A stretch of 63,104 bases of DNA, the filler included, from Squatina squatina (lineage: Eukaryota), in the NCBI GenBank assembly GCA_031763465.1. It is 4 parts of 4 records of this genome, joined end to end, with 100 filler letters (N's around TTAATTAATTAA, not from the genome) between each part and the next. Parts side by side here need not be neighbours in the genome. Positions count along the whole stretch, not along the records: positions 38,070 to 50,962 come from JARFOE010000019.1; positions 51,063 to 63,104 come from JARFOE010000057.1; 2 more parts are not named here. The stretch is one strand, 5' to 3'. A program made the position numbers and the translations under genes. The notes below the pieces were generated by a model. It worked only from the letters and a program-made list of their open reading frames with translations. It made no database searches and was not told the origin of the DNA. Of this stretch, positions 47,906 to 60,390 are shown one piece after another. How positions within the stretch are numbered: the stretch's first letter is position 1; each line of letters starts with the position of its first letter.

Positions 47906-50900
47906 CCTCAGTACGAGAGTGTCAGCCTAGATTTTTGTGAAGTCTCTGGAGAGAGGCTTGAACTCACTCCTGAATGGACTCCTTTATCTCTTGAGTTCTT
48001 TGCTTTTATTTTCAGATTTGCAGAAAATGCAATATTTTGTTTTTACTGAGGAGTTTTATTGAATTAAAATTTTTAAACAGAGATTGAATTTGCAAGACCT
48101 GCTGTAGATTCATTAGTCCTAAAAAGAAGCGAGAAAAACCTTAACCTGGAAACATGTATCAAAAGCTCATGGGTCAACAATTTTGCTGCTGGAATAAGAG
48201 AGACAGATTTAGTAGTGGAATGGTGGGGAGCTGGCACATGGATGCTAGAAACGATCATCAGGTCAGTCAGCATCTGTGGAGGGAACCGACAAGGCGACAC
48301 TTTGGATGTGCACCCTTTGTTAAATTATAAATACAGTGTGACATGATCCGAATGGAACAAGAACCAGTGTAAAAATGTCTTTCTCTTTTTTCCTATGATA
48401 ACGCAGTAGCCAATCAGCTAACTTTCACTCGGCAGTTTTTAAATTTCAATTTATTGCTTTCATACCAAAGGAACCTACTTGCTAAGCAAAGTGCTGTACC
48501 TGTGTAGAATGGATCTTTATTTTATACTGTTAGCACCAAGTATTGGCATCAGTTGCCCAGGGCTGCCATAACACAGGTTTGTTCCTGCCACTACAGTGTG
48601 TCTTGTTCTCTATACCAGCTTGATTTTTTTTCCTTTTTCACATGGCCATCTTATGGCTTCAGTTAAGGGGACAAGTCTGCTGAAACCTTGTGCATTACTT
48701 GTGCAATTGCCTACATTAGTAAAACGCAATTGCTTAATGTTCAAAGTCTTGTATTCAGCAGTCATTGTGACATCAATAAATATTAGACTATTATCCTTTG
48801 AACTGAATATGTTCTTGCAATGTTTGTGCTGTCCTCTGCATTGATTTCATTTGTGTATATATATGTAATCAGCTGGGTTTAATTCTTGCCAGCTTGTGCT
48901 GCTTTGTTTTTATTGTGGCCAGACATTGACTCATTGCCATTCAGTGACGTATACCAGCTTGTTGCAATCTTGCTAATTTGCTGCTGCATTTAAATTGAGT
49001 CTTAAAAGATTGGAAATTTTTGCCAGAATGGAATAACTTGATACAATGTTATGGTGTACTTTTATACATACACTGCAAATTTACACACTGAGAAATTAGA
49101 GTGAATATTGCAGCCATACATGTGTAATTAAAATAAACAGCATAAGCATTTTGCTTTATTAATTAATCCACTGTAATCATCCTGCAAACTTATCAAACTT
49201 ATTTTGTGATTCACTGGCCCTCACTAAGGTGGCAACTTTTAGACCANNNNNNNNNNNNNNNNNNNNNNNNNNNNNNNNNNNNNNNNNNNNNNNNNNNNNN
49301 NNNNNNNNNNNNNNNNNNNNNNNNNNNNNNNNNNNNNNNNNNNNNNCCTCTTCTTGCCTGCGTCACTTTTTCAAATATGACGTAGCTGTGGAACGCTGAT
49401 CTCTGTCTGTGAGATTGGCAAAAACAAGCCCGTGCTTTTATACTCACCGGCAGCTCCCGACTCTGCTTACCTCCGACTTTACATGGAAATTTGTGGTAGA
49501 CCCGAGTTCATAACAGCAATTTTTTAATAAAAACTGTGGCAAGTGCTCAGCTCCTTAGCAGGCGTCAAGTGCGTCGAAGATTCCAGACATCTGTAAACAC
49601 CTGAAATACTCAGACAATCAGTGGGGATTCTTTTTTTTTAAAAAGGGTACTTTCTCAAAAAAAAAAGTTGTTCCCTTTGTATTGGTGGTTGTTCCATTAA
49701 GAAAAATGGTGCTTTGTGCCTCGGTAGAGCTCTTGGACACTAACTCAAAATAAAGCTAATACTTTAGTTGTGTCCTTGGATCCTGACACCAGCAAAAAGA
49801 GCAAAGATGTAACAAGAATTTAAAAAGCACCACCTGGCATACTTTCTCAAATGCACGAAAAAATATAGCAATAACCTGCAGAGAGAGAAGCAATCCATAC
49901 TCACAGCTCTTTTTGGTTTTCAGGTGGGTATATTAGAAACATTGCAGACACCAAGCTGTCGTCGGCAGCCAGCTGGGCATGCATATGGAGGGGAGGTGGC
50001 GGGGGGTGGGAAAGAGGATGTTGACTGTATTTGATCTCCAGTATACCTGAGCCAATCCAGGCACAAGCAGTCCGTAAACCTGTAATTACAGAAAATTAAG
50101 TTATCGAGAGGGTGATGCCTCTATCTGCTACCAGAGCATGTGAATATACTTGATGTGTTGCAATCCATTCATTTGCAGATGGAAACGGAAATTGTTCATA
50201 TAGCATTTCTCCAGTACAAGGTCATTCTACTTCTTGGGACGTTAAAGACGCTATATAAATACAAGTTGTTGCCAAATTTGCCTTGGGCTTCCAAACCGAT
50301 TACGGGGCAGCTTAGAGCTTACAAAATGGCAGATATGAAACAAAGCAAAGTCTCCAAAAAGTACCCAGAAACAAAAGGGAAAGAAAATCTATCTTTGCCT
50401 GCAGGATTCCACTGACCATGCTGCATCTGGACTCTCCACCTCTTCCTGACAGTCCCCACCAAAATGAAGCAGCCAGGAAAATATAAGATGACTCTAATTT
50501 AGAGTACCGAGTATGTAAGCTATCATTTCTGGCCTCTCCCAGTAGGAGGAACAGTAATACTACTTCAGAGATTATTCTAAACGAACACCTGTGGGCAACA
50601 GAAATTAGTCTCAGGATGAAGTTATTGGTAACCAAGCTTTTGCCTACAGGGAGGAATCAAAGAGGAGTTTTTCAACTGGCAACCCCTGGTTCAGCCATTC
50701 GCAGCAGCCTTAAAGTTCCAAAATTCTCACCAGCCTTAGCAACAGGCAGTCTCCAAGGATGCCCTGCATTTATATCTATCAGGAGCTGGCAAAAAATGTA
50801 AGCAAGCTGATAGCAGCAAGATAGATTCAGGAAGGAAATTGAAACCCTGAAGGACCCATATGGAATTGAAAAATGTGCACGAAAGGATTTGTAACATGTC

Positions 50901-50962
50901 AGAGGACGAGTTTTTGAATATTTTACCATGGTGGAGACTAATAATATCGTATTCAGTATCAA

Positions 50963-51062
50963 NNNNNNNNNNNNNNNNNNNNNNNNNNNNNNNNNNNNNN
51001 NNNNNNTTAATTAATTAANNNNNNNNNNNNNNNNNNNNNNNNNNNNNNNNNNNNNNNNNNNN
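50963..51062. other. Artificial scaffold-join linker N44-TTAATTAATTAA-N44
   Basis: 12-mer at 51007-51018, centred in 100 nt. Confidence 0.97.
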
Positions 51063-51726
51063 ATTTGCCTTCACAATACCCTCTTGTGCACCTTCGTGTA
51101 CTGTAACTCTTCGGTTCCTTTCCCACTCCACAGACTTACCCAGCATGGTATATATACCTACTTGGAATTAATTCTACCCATATGCATGACACTACACTTA
51201 TCTACACTAAATGACGACCGCCAGATGCAGGCCCATTTCCCCCATTGCATCAAGTTCTAGTCTGTTTTCCTTGCTGAGGGTCCTAACACTTGCACAAATC
51301 TTCATGTCACCTTCATCTAGATAATATAGAAGAGCAGTGGGACTGCATTAGTATTGGGGGCAAAATTCGCCTGCAGTACCACCTTGTGGCTCAAGCCTGC
51401 AACTGCACGCAGACACAAAACAATTTTTTTTTAAACCTTGCAGGCCACTCACTATAGAACAGTGGGCGTTATGTGACAGGCAAGGTGCAACACTTATAAT
51501 ATTAAAAGTCCTTTTACAGTGCCAACTACAGAAGTCACAGCTAACTGCAAGAACTGTGGATTCTTTTATTGTCCAGTGATTTTCCAAGTGCTTAAGCACT
51601 CCATCGTTACAGCTAATGGGGCCACTTCAGTTGCAGTTATCACTCTTCCCTCAGCCACAGGGTAGCTTCCCTAAACCAGAAAAACACTACCAGAGAGACT
51701 GTACTGACTATACTTAAGGTACCTAC

Positions 51727-51963
51727 CTTGTTGGTGTTGTTGCTGTTCGAACAAGGCCTGCTCACTTTCCTCTGTTGCTTCCATGTCACCATGTGCAGTC
51801 CGTTTGTGCGTAGCTAATGTGGAAGTCTGCCGGTACGTCTTTCCACAGTGGTTGCAGTTATATGGCTTGGAATGTGTGTGGACCACATGGTGCTTATACA
51901 GACTGGAGTATTCTGTGAAACGTTTCAAGCAGCCCGGTACTGTACAAACATAGGGCTTCTCTC
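51727..51963 (-). CDS. ZNF76: ZNF76 exon encoding zinc fingers 6-7 and the following acidic segment
   Basis: CCCTCAG acceptor and AAG|GTAGGT donor; 237 nt, phase 1/1. Encodes [73 protein letters not shown] and [10 protein letters not shown] are ZNF76-type rather than ZNF143-type. Confidence 0.92.
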
Positions 51964-52341
51964 CTGAGGGTAAGTAAGTCAATCAGGCAAGATCTAAACT
52001 TTCCAACCACAATGAAAACACAAGAGTCTTTATTTCTCGTCTTATTAACAATTAACATATTTTATTTGTTACAGATTGCAATGTGTCAAATTGCTTTTAA
52101 TCACTCAAGCTCACTGAAGTTGAAGAATAAAAACAAACTGTGCAGCTCAATCCTAATTTTGAAAAAATGCATCATATTCAATGCTAGTCCCCTCCAAACT
52201 AGACTCACCTTTCTTCACCCGTNNNNNNNNNNNNNNNNNNNNNNNNNNNNNNNNNNNNNNNNNNNNNNNNNNNNNNNNNNNNNNNNNNNNNNNNNNNNNN
52301 NNNNNNNNNNNNNNNNNNNNNNGGGAAAATTCCGGCCTTCG

Positions 52342-52950
52342 TCTTCAAATGCCATTTCCTGCCAACTACACCACTAGCCTCATCAACTGCTCAACTCTCT
52401 ACACCCCTGTCACCCACCTACTATCAGTACTCAACCCTTCAATTCATGTGCTTTACTTTATCCTCATAACACCGCTTAGCACTGTTACAAGCCTCACACC
52501 CACAACTCACAGCTCACACACACTGGCAGCTAATCAACCATGACCGCCACATCACCCAGACATACTGCAGGACACTCACTGATACACTTCCCTTTTTCTT
52601 GACGGAGAAGGTGGTGCACAACAGCAAGCAGCAGGAACAAGAACTGGAACCTTCTCAATCAAGGGAGAAAGAGAATGAAGGTGAAGAGACACCACAAACT
52701 CAGACAGTGACACTGTGTATATTTTACAGGCTAGGCTAGGCTGGTGAGCCATTAAGCACAAGTGCACAGGCGTCAGGGTAGGGGGAGAAGTGGGGGGAAG
52801 GATAATGCAGGTGCCAGCTCCCTGGAGGGCGAGGTCACACACTAGTTCTGCTGCAGAGGAGTCTGATGAGGACTTTGATGGGCCAGGCTACAGAAGAAGG
52901 CTGATGGCTGTACATAACCAAATGCTTGGTGCAATGGAAAGCCTGCACAC
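52342..52950 (+). mobile_element. Second Harbinger-type Myb-gene relic (intron plus downstream exon pieces) in a ZNF76 intron
   Basis: 52342-52430 is homologous to 29419-29510. After a pyrimidine tract, 52605 onward reads EKVVHNSKQQE, and ~52868 onward reads EDFDGPGYRRRLMAVHNQMLGAMESL. Confidence 0.62.
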
Positions 52951-53805
52951 AAAGAAATCTTTCCTATGAGATCTTTGTGTTTATCCTTTATCTGTGGTTT
53001 TCACTTCCTGGCCAAATTTATTCCACATCTGCACATTGCCATATAAGGAAGAATCATATCGGTTACACTATACGCTGCACTAATAACTCACTCGGTCACT
53101 TTGCCTTTACTCTCCCTTAAAAATTGTTACAGCTTGTAACAAGCAAAGACTTCCACAGACAATAATCTTTGCCACAAAGCGGACTCAAATACAACTTGCA
53201 TAAGAAACTCAAAGACTGACAATAAACTCAATGCAAATTATGAGACACAAAATATTTTCTTTTAAATGGAAGTTTAAAATTAATTTTCTGACCTGCAGTT
53301 CCTGACAAAAGATCTTTCAAAGCTTTACACACTTGCGGGATTCCAGTAAACACAGACGGCACTGATTAACTATTAACTTTTATGTGGCCTTACATGGTAT
53401 GCTTCATTGGGTTTCTTACATACTACCTACAGCACAGCTCAACTCAAATAATAAAATTAAACGCCCAATACTGCGCCAACGGATAATCTAGACTCAAAAT
53501 AGAATTCTAGCCCTGAATGGGTTCCACAAATTACATAATTGTAATTTGAAAATTAGTATGAAAAATAATTCAAACTTATAGTCTAGCACTTAACAAGCAG
53601 CGAGCTAGTTGAGAGAAGGTGGATGGAAAATTGGCACACAGGACCGTAGAGCAACAGTGGCTGGTTTTTAAACAAGCAAAGGTACAGAATAAATACATTC
53701 CATTGAAGGAGGAGGAAAGAATGCCATGGATAAATAAAGAGGTAAGAAACCAATGAAAAGCAGAGTGGCTATGAGGACTAGAAGAATAAATGAGGAAATC
53801 AAAAT

Positions 53806-54214
53806 AAAAAGACTTGCATTTACATAGCGCTTTTCACGACCACCAGAGATCCCAAAGCACTTTACAGCCAATGAAGTACTTTTTGAAGTGTAGTCACTGT
53901 TGTAATGTAGGAAATACGGCAGCCAATTTGTGCACAGCAAGCTCCCACAAACAGCAATGTGACAATGATCAGATAATCTGTTTTTATTATGTAGTTTGAG
54001 GGATAAAAATTGGCCAAGATGCCGGGGATAACTCCCCTGCTCTTCTTTGAAATAGTGCCATGGGATTTTTTTTTCACTCGAGAGAACAGATGGTTTAACG
54101 TCTCATCTGAAAGCCGGCACCTCTGACAGTGCAGCACTCCCTCAGTACTGTAGTGAAGTGTCAGCTTAGATTTTGGTGCTCCAATCTCTGGAGTGGGACT
54201 TGAGCCCACAACCT
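53806..54214 (-). mobile_element. DeuSINE (SacSINE1-like), near full length
   Basis: Reverse-complement match to 43729-44167 along its length. Confidence 0.9.
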
Positions 54215-54625
54215 GATATAAACATCAGGTTTGCAATGTTTTGTAGAATCTGAATCAAAATTCACAGGCTTTTCATATGAAACAAGCACAGATACAAACA
54301 TGCCACAAAAGCTTTCAAAATCCAGTGAAATTGCATTGTGTAACATTAATATACCAATGTGCTAACACACTTGTGAAATTCCTCTAACTCTTGTTCAAGC
54401 AAAGATGCTAATTTAAAACAGATTCCATTAAAATAGCAAGGAGTTTCATACAAAAATGCATTAATGCAATTGTGCGCTGTCAAACATTGCAGTTTCACCC
54501 CTTACCGTGACAGTTTAATCGAAAATACAATCTCATGGGAAACCTGATATCTATTCACTCAATTCATTCTGCTACATGCTCCATCAGAGTTGGTTGTATA
54601 AATTACTTTAGCTTTACTGCTTTCA

Positions 54626-54892
<267 letters not shown>

Positions 54893-55387
54893 TTAAATAT
54901 GCAGCAGCTATTTTGATGATTTACTGAGGGCACCCTGAAGGTTTAAGTGAGTAAATGCACAGTATGCTGTGGCACGGAATCACATATAGTCCCAGGTTTG
55001 ATCCCTGATATATTAGTTGATCTTAGCTGGGACAATGGAGGGGATACTGCAATTGGCCTCAATGACTCCAGAGTAGGAATGGAGAAGATCAAGCAAGGTT
55101 TTCACTCCATGCGGTGTGATTTTTGCTAGAGGGTGCAAATTTGTAGAATTAGGCAAGTGAATGACTGGGCTTGGCTGTGATCCCCACCTCCCTCCACCAC
55201 GGTCACACAGCCAATGTTCAAATCTCCAGATTCACATATGAAGAATGCTTTGACAAGGCATATTAAAGCTATTGGAGTCTGGGAATCNNNNNNNNNNNNN
55301 NNNNNNNNNNNNNNNNNNNNNNNNNNNNNNNNNNNNNNNNNNNNNNNNNNNNNNNNNNNNNNNNNNNNNNNNNNNNNNNNNNNNNNN

Positions 55388-55450
55388 CTTTCAGGACTCT
55401 GGGATGTAGATTATCAGGCCCTGAGGATTTATCGGCTTTCAGTCCCTGAG
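55388..55450 (-). mobile_element. CR1-clade ORF2 fragment
   Basis: Peptide LKADKSSGPDNLHPRVLK (KSxGPD motif upstream of RT). Confidence 0.75.
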
Positions 55451-55939
55451 GTGCGCGCTCTTTATTCAGCACTTCCCTATAGCAAAGTGGCTGGGATTAA
55501 AATTCAGCAGCATGGGAGATCATACACAGATTGTTTGTTGATGCTTCAAATAACTCCATCTCTGTACTTCTTTTCTAACGCACTACTATTTCAGAAAGTT
55601 TCATCAATGTGCTACTTATATATAATAGTAGCTCCACTTTATGGGGATAATCTTGGTTGGCCTCTTTTTGTTGCGTCGAACACTATTAGGCTCCAGAATA
55701 TAAACCTCATCTCAGTAACTTACTATTAAAACCAATACAAACATATTAGCAATTACTTCAGCCAGAAGGAGGACAATGATACAATCTTACTGAAAACACA
55801 AAGGTTGACATGCCTAATAAAGTAGCCTTTACTGTGTAGAAAATACAACTGTACTCTTCCATATTAGGCTGACTCTCACCCATGCCTTGGACATATGTTT
55901 AACATAAACGGATGTTCTATCTATAATCACCATTATTAC

Positions 55940-56020
55940 CTTTTTGCACTGTAACTTGTTGGATGTAGGCGGTCGTACCATCTTCCAGCTGAATAGTTTG
56001 TCCCTCAACCAACTTTGCAT
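55940..56020 (-). CDS. ZNF76: ZNF76 early coding exon (LEDG-repeat activation region)
   Basis: TTTAACAG acceptor and AAG|GTAATA donor; 81 nt, phase 1/1. Encodes DAKLVEGQTIQLEDGTTAYIQQVTVQK (human ZNF76 EKLLEGQVIQLEDGTTAYIHQVTVQK). The ORF track shows the wrong frame. Confidence 0.92.
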
Positions 56021-58339
56021 CTGTTAAACATATTCAGAAATCAACACATTGTAAGGATAAAAAAAGGGAAATAATGCACTCATAACACATTCATCATAAA
56101 CACTAATGTATTTAAATTGGATTATGCAATATTCATACCGAACATGTTCATATAGCAGGTAGAGCAAGTTTATTTTAACAAGAAATGGGTTAACACCTTT
56201 TTTTAAAAAAAGGGAAATAATCTCATACGGACGTGTTAATACATTTATTGTTAATATTGTACAGTGCAGTTTCTACCCCTAAAAATGTATCTAATATATT
56301 ACAGATGATATATACACACTATGACATATCTTGGACGGTGGTAATTTTGTTTGATGCCTACCTCCAGGACCTAAACCCAAATCTGTGTAGTATGAAATAA
56401 GCTCAATAACAATCTTATAAAGTTTTTCATCTGTATGGATTTAAGCAAAGATTATGCTGCAGGGCAACAGTATTTTGTTATATTAAAAGTGGAATTCGAT
56501 ACTTGCAATACATCAGAATGGACAAAAAAGTGGCTTCCAAATCAGACTTGCATACAACAGATCGGGGGATGCAAGTATTCCCTACACAACAAACATATTT
56601 AATGTTAATAATTAGTTTATATCAGGAATTAATTCAACCTCATCGTTAAAAGTCTAATTTATCATGGCACACGACAAAATATTTTAAAATCCATCAATTT
56701 CAGTTTACATTCCTCAGTCTAATGCAAATTTTTAAGTAATGAGACACATTTTACATTAAAAGTTGCAAAGAAGTACCGTCTTATAGAAGATGATAGGGAA
56801 GAGGGATGTGGAAACACACCAGCCAATAATATGTTTATTTTCTCTTACTCTGAGAGACTGATTACAGAATTTTTGGCTTAATCATTTTCTACATCCTAGT
56901 TATCATGGGAACTGAAAGTATGTAAATGTTGTTACATTTAATAAGCAATAAATAAATTATTGGACAATAGTTGCAGATGTTGGAACTCAGTATGTGCCGC
57001 TGGGAGACGTAATTAACTGAATCAATAGTGTGGCAGTGTGATGTCTCAAGTCCACCTCTTCACCCATTCTACAGCATTCAACATGGCAGATCTTGTAAAA
57101 TGTGACCCAGTACTTACTGCAGCAAAGTAAGATTAATATAAAGGAGCTGCAGATGATTTTTTTTAAGTCATGCTACTTACTTTAACAACTCTATTTAAAT
57201 GTTAGGATGGGCTGCCCTTTCATTTCAAATTAGAATTAAACTTCTCATGTGGATGGACACGCATGCAGGTAGAATCTGAAATTGATTTTAACTAAAAGAC
57301 TTTTGACTAATTTCAGATACTGTCCAGTGTTCATTTTTTCCCATTTTCATCTGTTTATTTTTCTTCAGAAGAAATGGCACAACTTAAATGTAATCAATGT
57401 ATGCACTTTGGAAAACGTATATCCAGTATATATATGAATGTTGATTCCCCAATATATACATTTCTCACACCTCTACCCCAACTCCACCCTGGTTTGGCAA
57501 CCTTGGCCATGCACATCTTATGAATGGTTAAGCTACTCCAGGTCCCTATCGATCACACTCTTTAGCAGGGGATGAATCTCCATCTGATTCACTCTGCTAT
57601 GGAGAGATGCCTGGTCTCTGCTCAGTGCCGTCCAAGGACTAATATTAACAATTTAGAGAAGCGAGAACTCAAATCTCATCCCAACACTTCATAGTGCTAC
57701 ATGTTTGACCGCTGTAATTTAAATTCTAATTCATCACAGATACTTAATAGAATCCTTCCGTTTCATTGGTTCAAATTTTGCAAACTTTTCTCTGCTGTTG
57801 TAACAAGTATAAAATATGGAGTCATGTTTGTGTAGAAAACAGCAAACAAAGAGAATCTATTTGCAGTCGATTTCCCCTTCCCGGAATTGATGTACATAGG
57901 AACCTAATTACCATTTTAAGAAAGAACTGGTTGGAGCGTGCGCTGTGCACTCTGGTCAGTTCCACAGGGGATGGAGCTGAAGGGGTAAGTATTTGATCAT
58001 GAGTGCTCCTCCGGGCCCCACAAGAATAATTTGGTTTGCTGCCAGCCCAGGATGTGGCCCCCTCTTTTGTACTTACCTTGCTNNNNNNNNNNNNNNNNNN
58101 NNNNNNNNNNNNNNNNNNNNNNNNNNNNNNNNNNNNNNNNNNNNNNNNNNNNNNNNNNNNNNNNNNNNNNNNNNNNNNNNNNGTGGAGGTCAGGCAAACT
58201 ATGACTCTATGCAGTGACCTACAGTCCCAATACACAAGGACTAGATTCAAATATCGATACTATTCAGTTCCAAGTAATAGCAAAACTCAACCTGCTCTCA
58301 CTCAACCATCATTTGTTAAGTAATTTGAGTAATGGAATT

Positions 58340-58345
58340 TTTATT
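58340..58345 (-). promoter_or_regulatory. Candidate distal polyadenylation signal of SCUBE3 (a second AATAAA at 58430-58435)
   Basis: Two minus-strand AATAAA signals in a TGTA/T-rich stretch, ~4.4-4.5 kb after the SCUBE3 stop. Confidence 0.5.
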
Positions 58346-60169
58346 GTGCCAACATGAAACAGAAACAAAACCTTTTGTTATTTTTAACACTGCTTTTTTT
58401 AAAAAAAAGTGTACATTTATAAAACTACTTTTATTCAAAGTATTACAAAATGCAACTTTGGATCTCCTGGAGAAGTTACAGTACACACAGAGTAAAGGGC
58501 AACGACTCTCACATGTGGCAGCGTATAACCTGTGTAGGTTTCAGAATCAGCGCCTGTAAATGCAGCACCGACACTATTTATCCAACATGCCAAGGGAGCA
58601 AATTTTTTAAAGAATCCAATTTTCTTGCCTCCTGCTGGGGTACATTTCCAATGGCCAACAGCAAACCTCTGGTGAGCCCAGGCAATGAGCGCATCAGGCT
58701 ATTTGGCTGTTATGGCATCACAGAGCCCAACTATGTCCTCACCCAACATCCATAGATGCAGACTCCCCAGCAGGGACCAGTCCTGTGGCTGATTTTTCCA
58801 CCTTCAGTTTCTGGCCCAGCTGTAATCAGCTCATTCAGTATAGACTGGGGATGAACTCTCGAGCTTCTGGTCTGATGGCTCAGGACCACATGGTGGATTT
58901 ACCCACTAACCAATCAGGAGTGCTCCTTGATGATGTGAAAGGAGAATTTAGTTATGGGTTTAACAGAAAAGAGGGCATTAATATATCTCATGCATATATA
59001 AGTTACCATTTACACTGTGTGAACCGTACTTGTACACACATCAGATACTGGAAGTAATGATTACAATGAGAAATAGCCACTTCCTGCTTAAACAATATGT
59101 GCACTTGACCCACTGCAGTCCAGTTGTCACCGACATACTAACATTTGTGTTTTTCCTTTTCATTTACAGAGCCATTTGAAGCAAACAGTAGTTAAATTTC
59201 CCCCCTAAGTGCCTCGAAATCAAATGCTTTTTAAAAAAAAAAAGTCCCTTTTACACTTCTGTCCAGGATTGAATGAAGCAGCGTGGTTTACAGATAGGAA
59301 AGAAGAAACCATTCCGAGATGCTCCCTCCTCCCCATCACTCACTCTTAGGATTACCGTGTAAAGTCCAAAACCAGACAGAGAGCAGAATAGGAATGCGGG
59401 GTGGGGGCGCGGGTTGTGAGAGATGGCGGCTTGAGTTCTAATGATTGCTATGCTGCTGATGGAATTTAGTAGAAAACGTTAGTAATCTTAAANNNNNNNN
59501 NNNNNNNNNNNNNNNNNTAGTGGAAAAGAAGACGTCTATTTTACAAATTAGTCGTTTCCGGTTTACATTTTAGAACTTTTCAGACACCCCACTTCAAAAA
59601 CTGGACTGGTACAAATTCAGACAGTTAGCAGGTCTCCACACACACTGTTGCCCGCAGTGGGCCAGCTCTGCTGGCACAGACAGGCCCAGCACTTACAGCT
59701 GCTGCGTTTGTGGATGGATGCCAAGCCAACAGTGACGTCTGTCACACTTGACATCCCTCTTGTTTGCATCTGTGTTGCTAAGCAAACAAAAGGACAGAAG
59801 TTTAAGAGCGATGCTGAAATGCCATTAACCCTCCCAGGACGCTGAAGTCACATCGGCATAAACCTTGCAGCTGAAAAGCGGAGCTTCCACATTGCCTGCG
59901 GCAGTGTTTAAATAAACAAAATTTATTCTAGATTTGAAACAGCTTGGTTCACTATAGAATGAACTTTAAAAATTAAACATGGCTTTAATGTATTCTAAAA
60001 TCACAATAACGAAACAAATAATATATAGAACCCCGTTAATAGTTACTATCCTTATAAAACATCTGCTTTATAGTGGTATAGTATTATTCATAACCTTGTG
60101 CAAACATAAGCCACACCAGTCACGATGAAGTAAAATAACTTTTTAATCACTACAATGGAATGAAGTATT

Positions 60170-60390
60170 TGACACTCAGTGGGCTCAGTACAGTGAGATA
60201 CACTGTCCTTTAACTTTGGACACCTGTGTTCCAATCCGACCCAAATAAACAGGTTGAAAGTTTTACTTTCTCTTTCTCCTTTACCAGTTACCAATGGCTA
60301 TTTTGGGTCCGTTTCAGCAGCTCAATTCAATTCCCACAGGGCATCAGACCACAACATGAAGTTGCTCTCTGATCGCAAATGGCACACTAA
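60170..60390 (+). mobile_element. Ancient tRNA-headed SINE relic, LF-SINE-like
   Basis: GGCTCAGT..CTGTCCTTT..GTTCCAATCC head, and a CTCAATTCAATTCCCACAGGGC..CCACAACA..AATGGCACACTAA body resembling the LF-SINE consensus as I recall it. Confidence 0.45.

Noticed and set aside
55829-56020. ORF-track peptide MQSWLRDKLFSW...
   Set aside because: It is the wrong frame of the real 81-nt ZNF76 exon.
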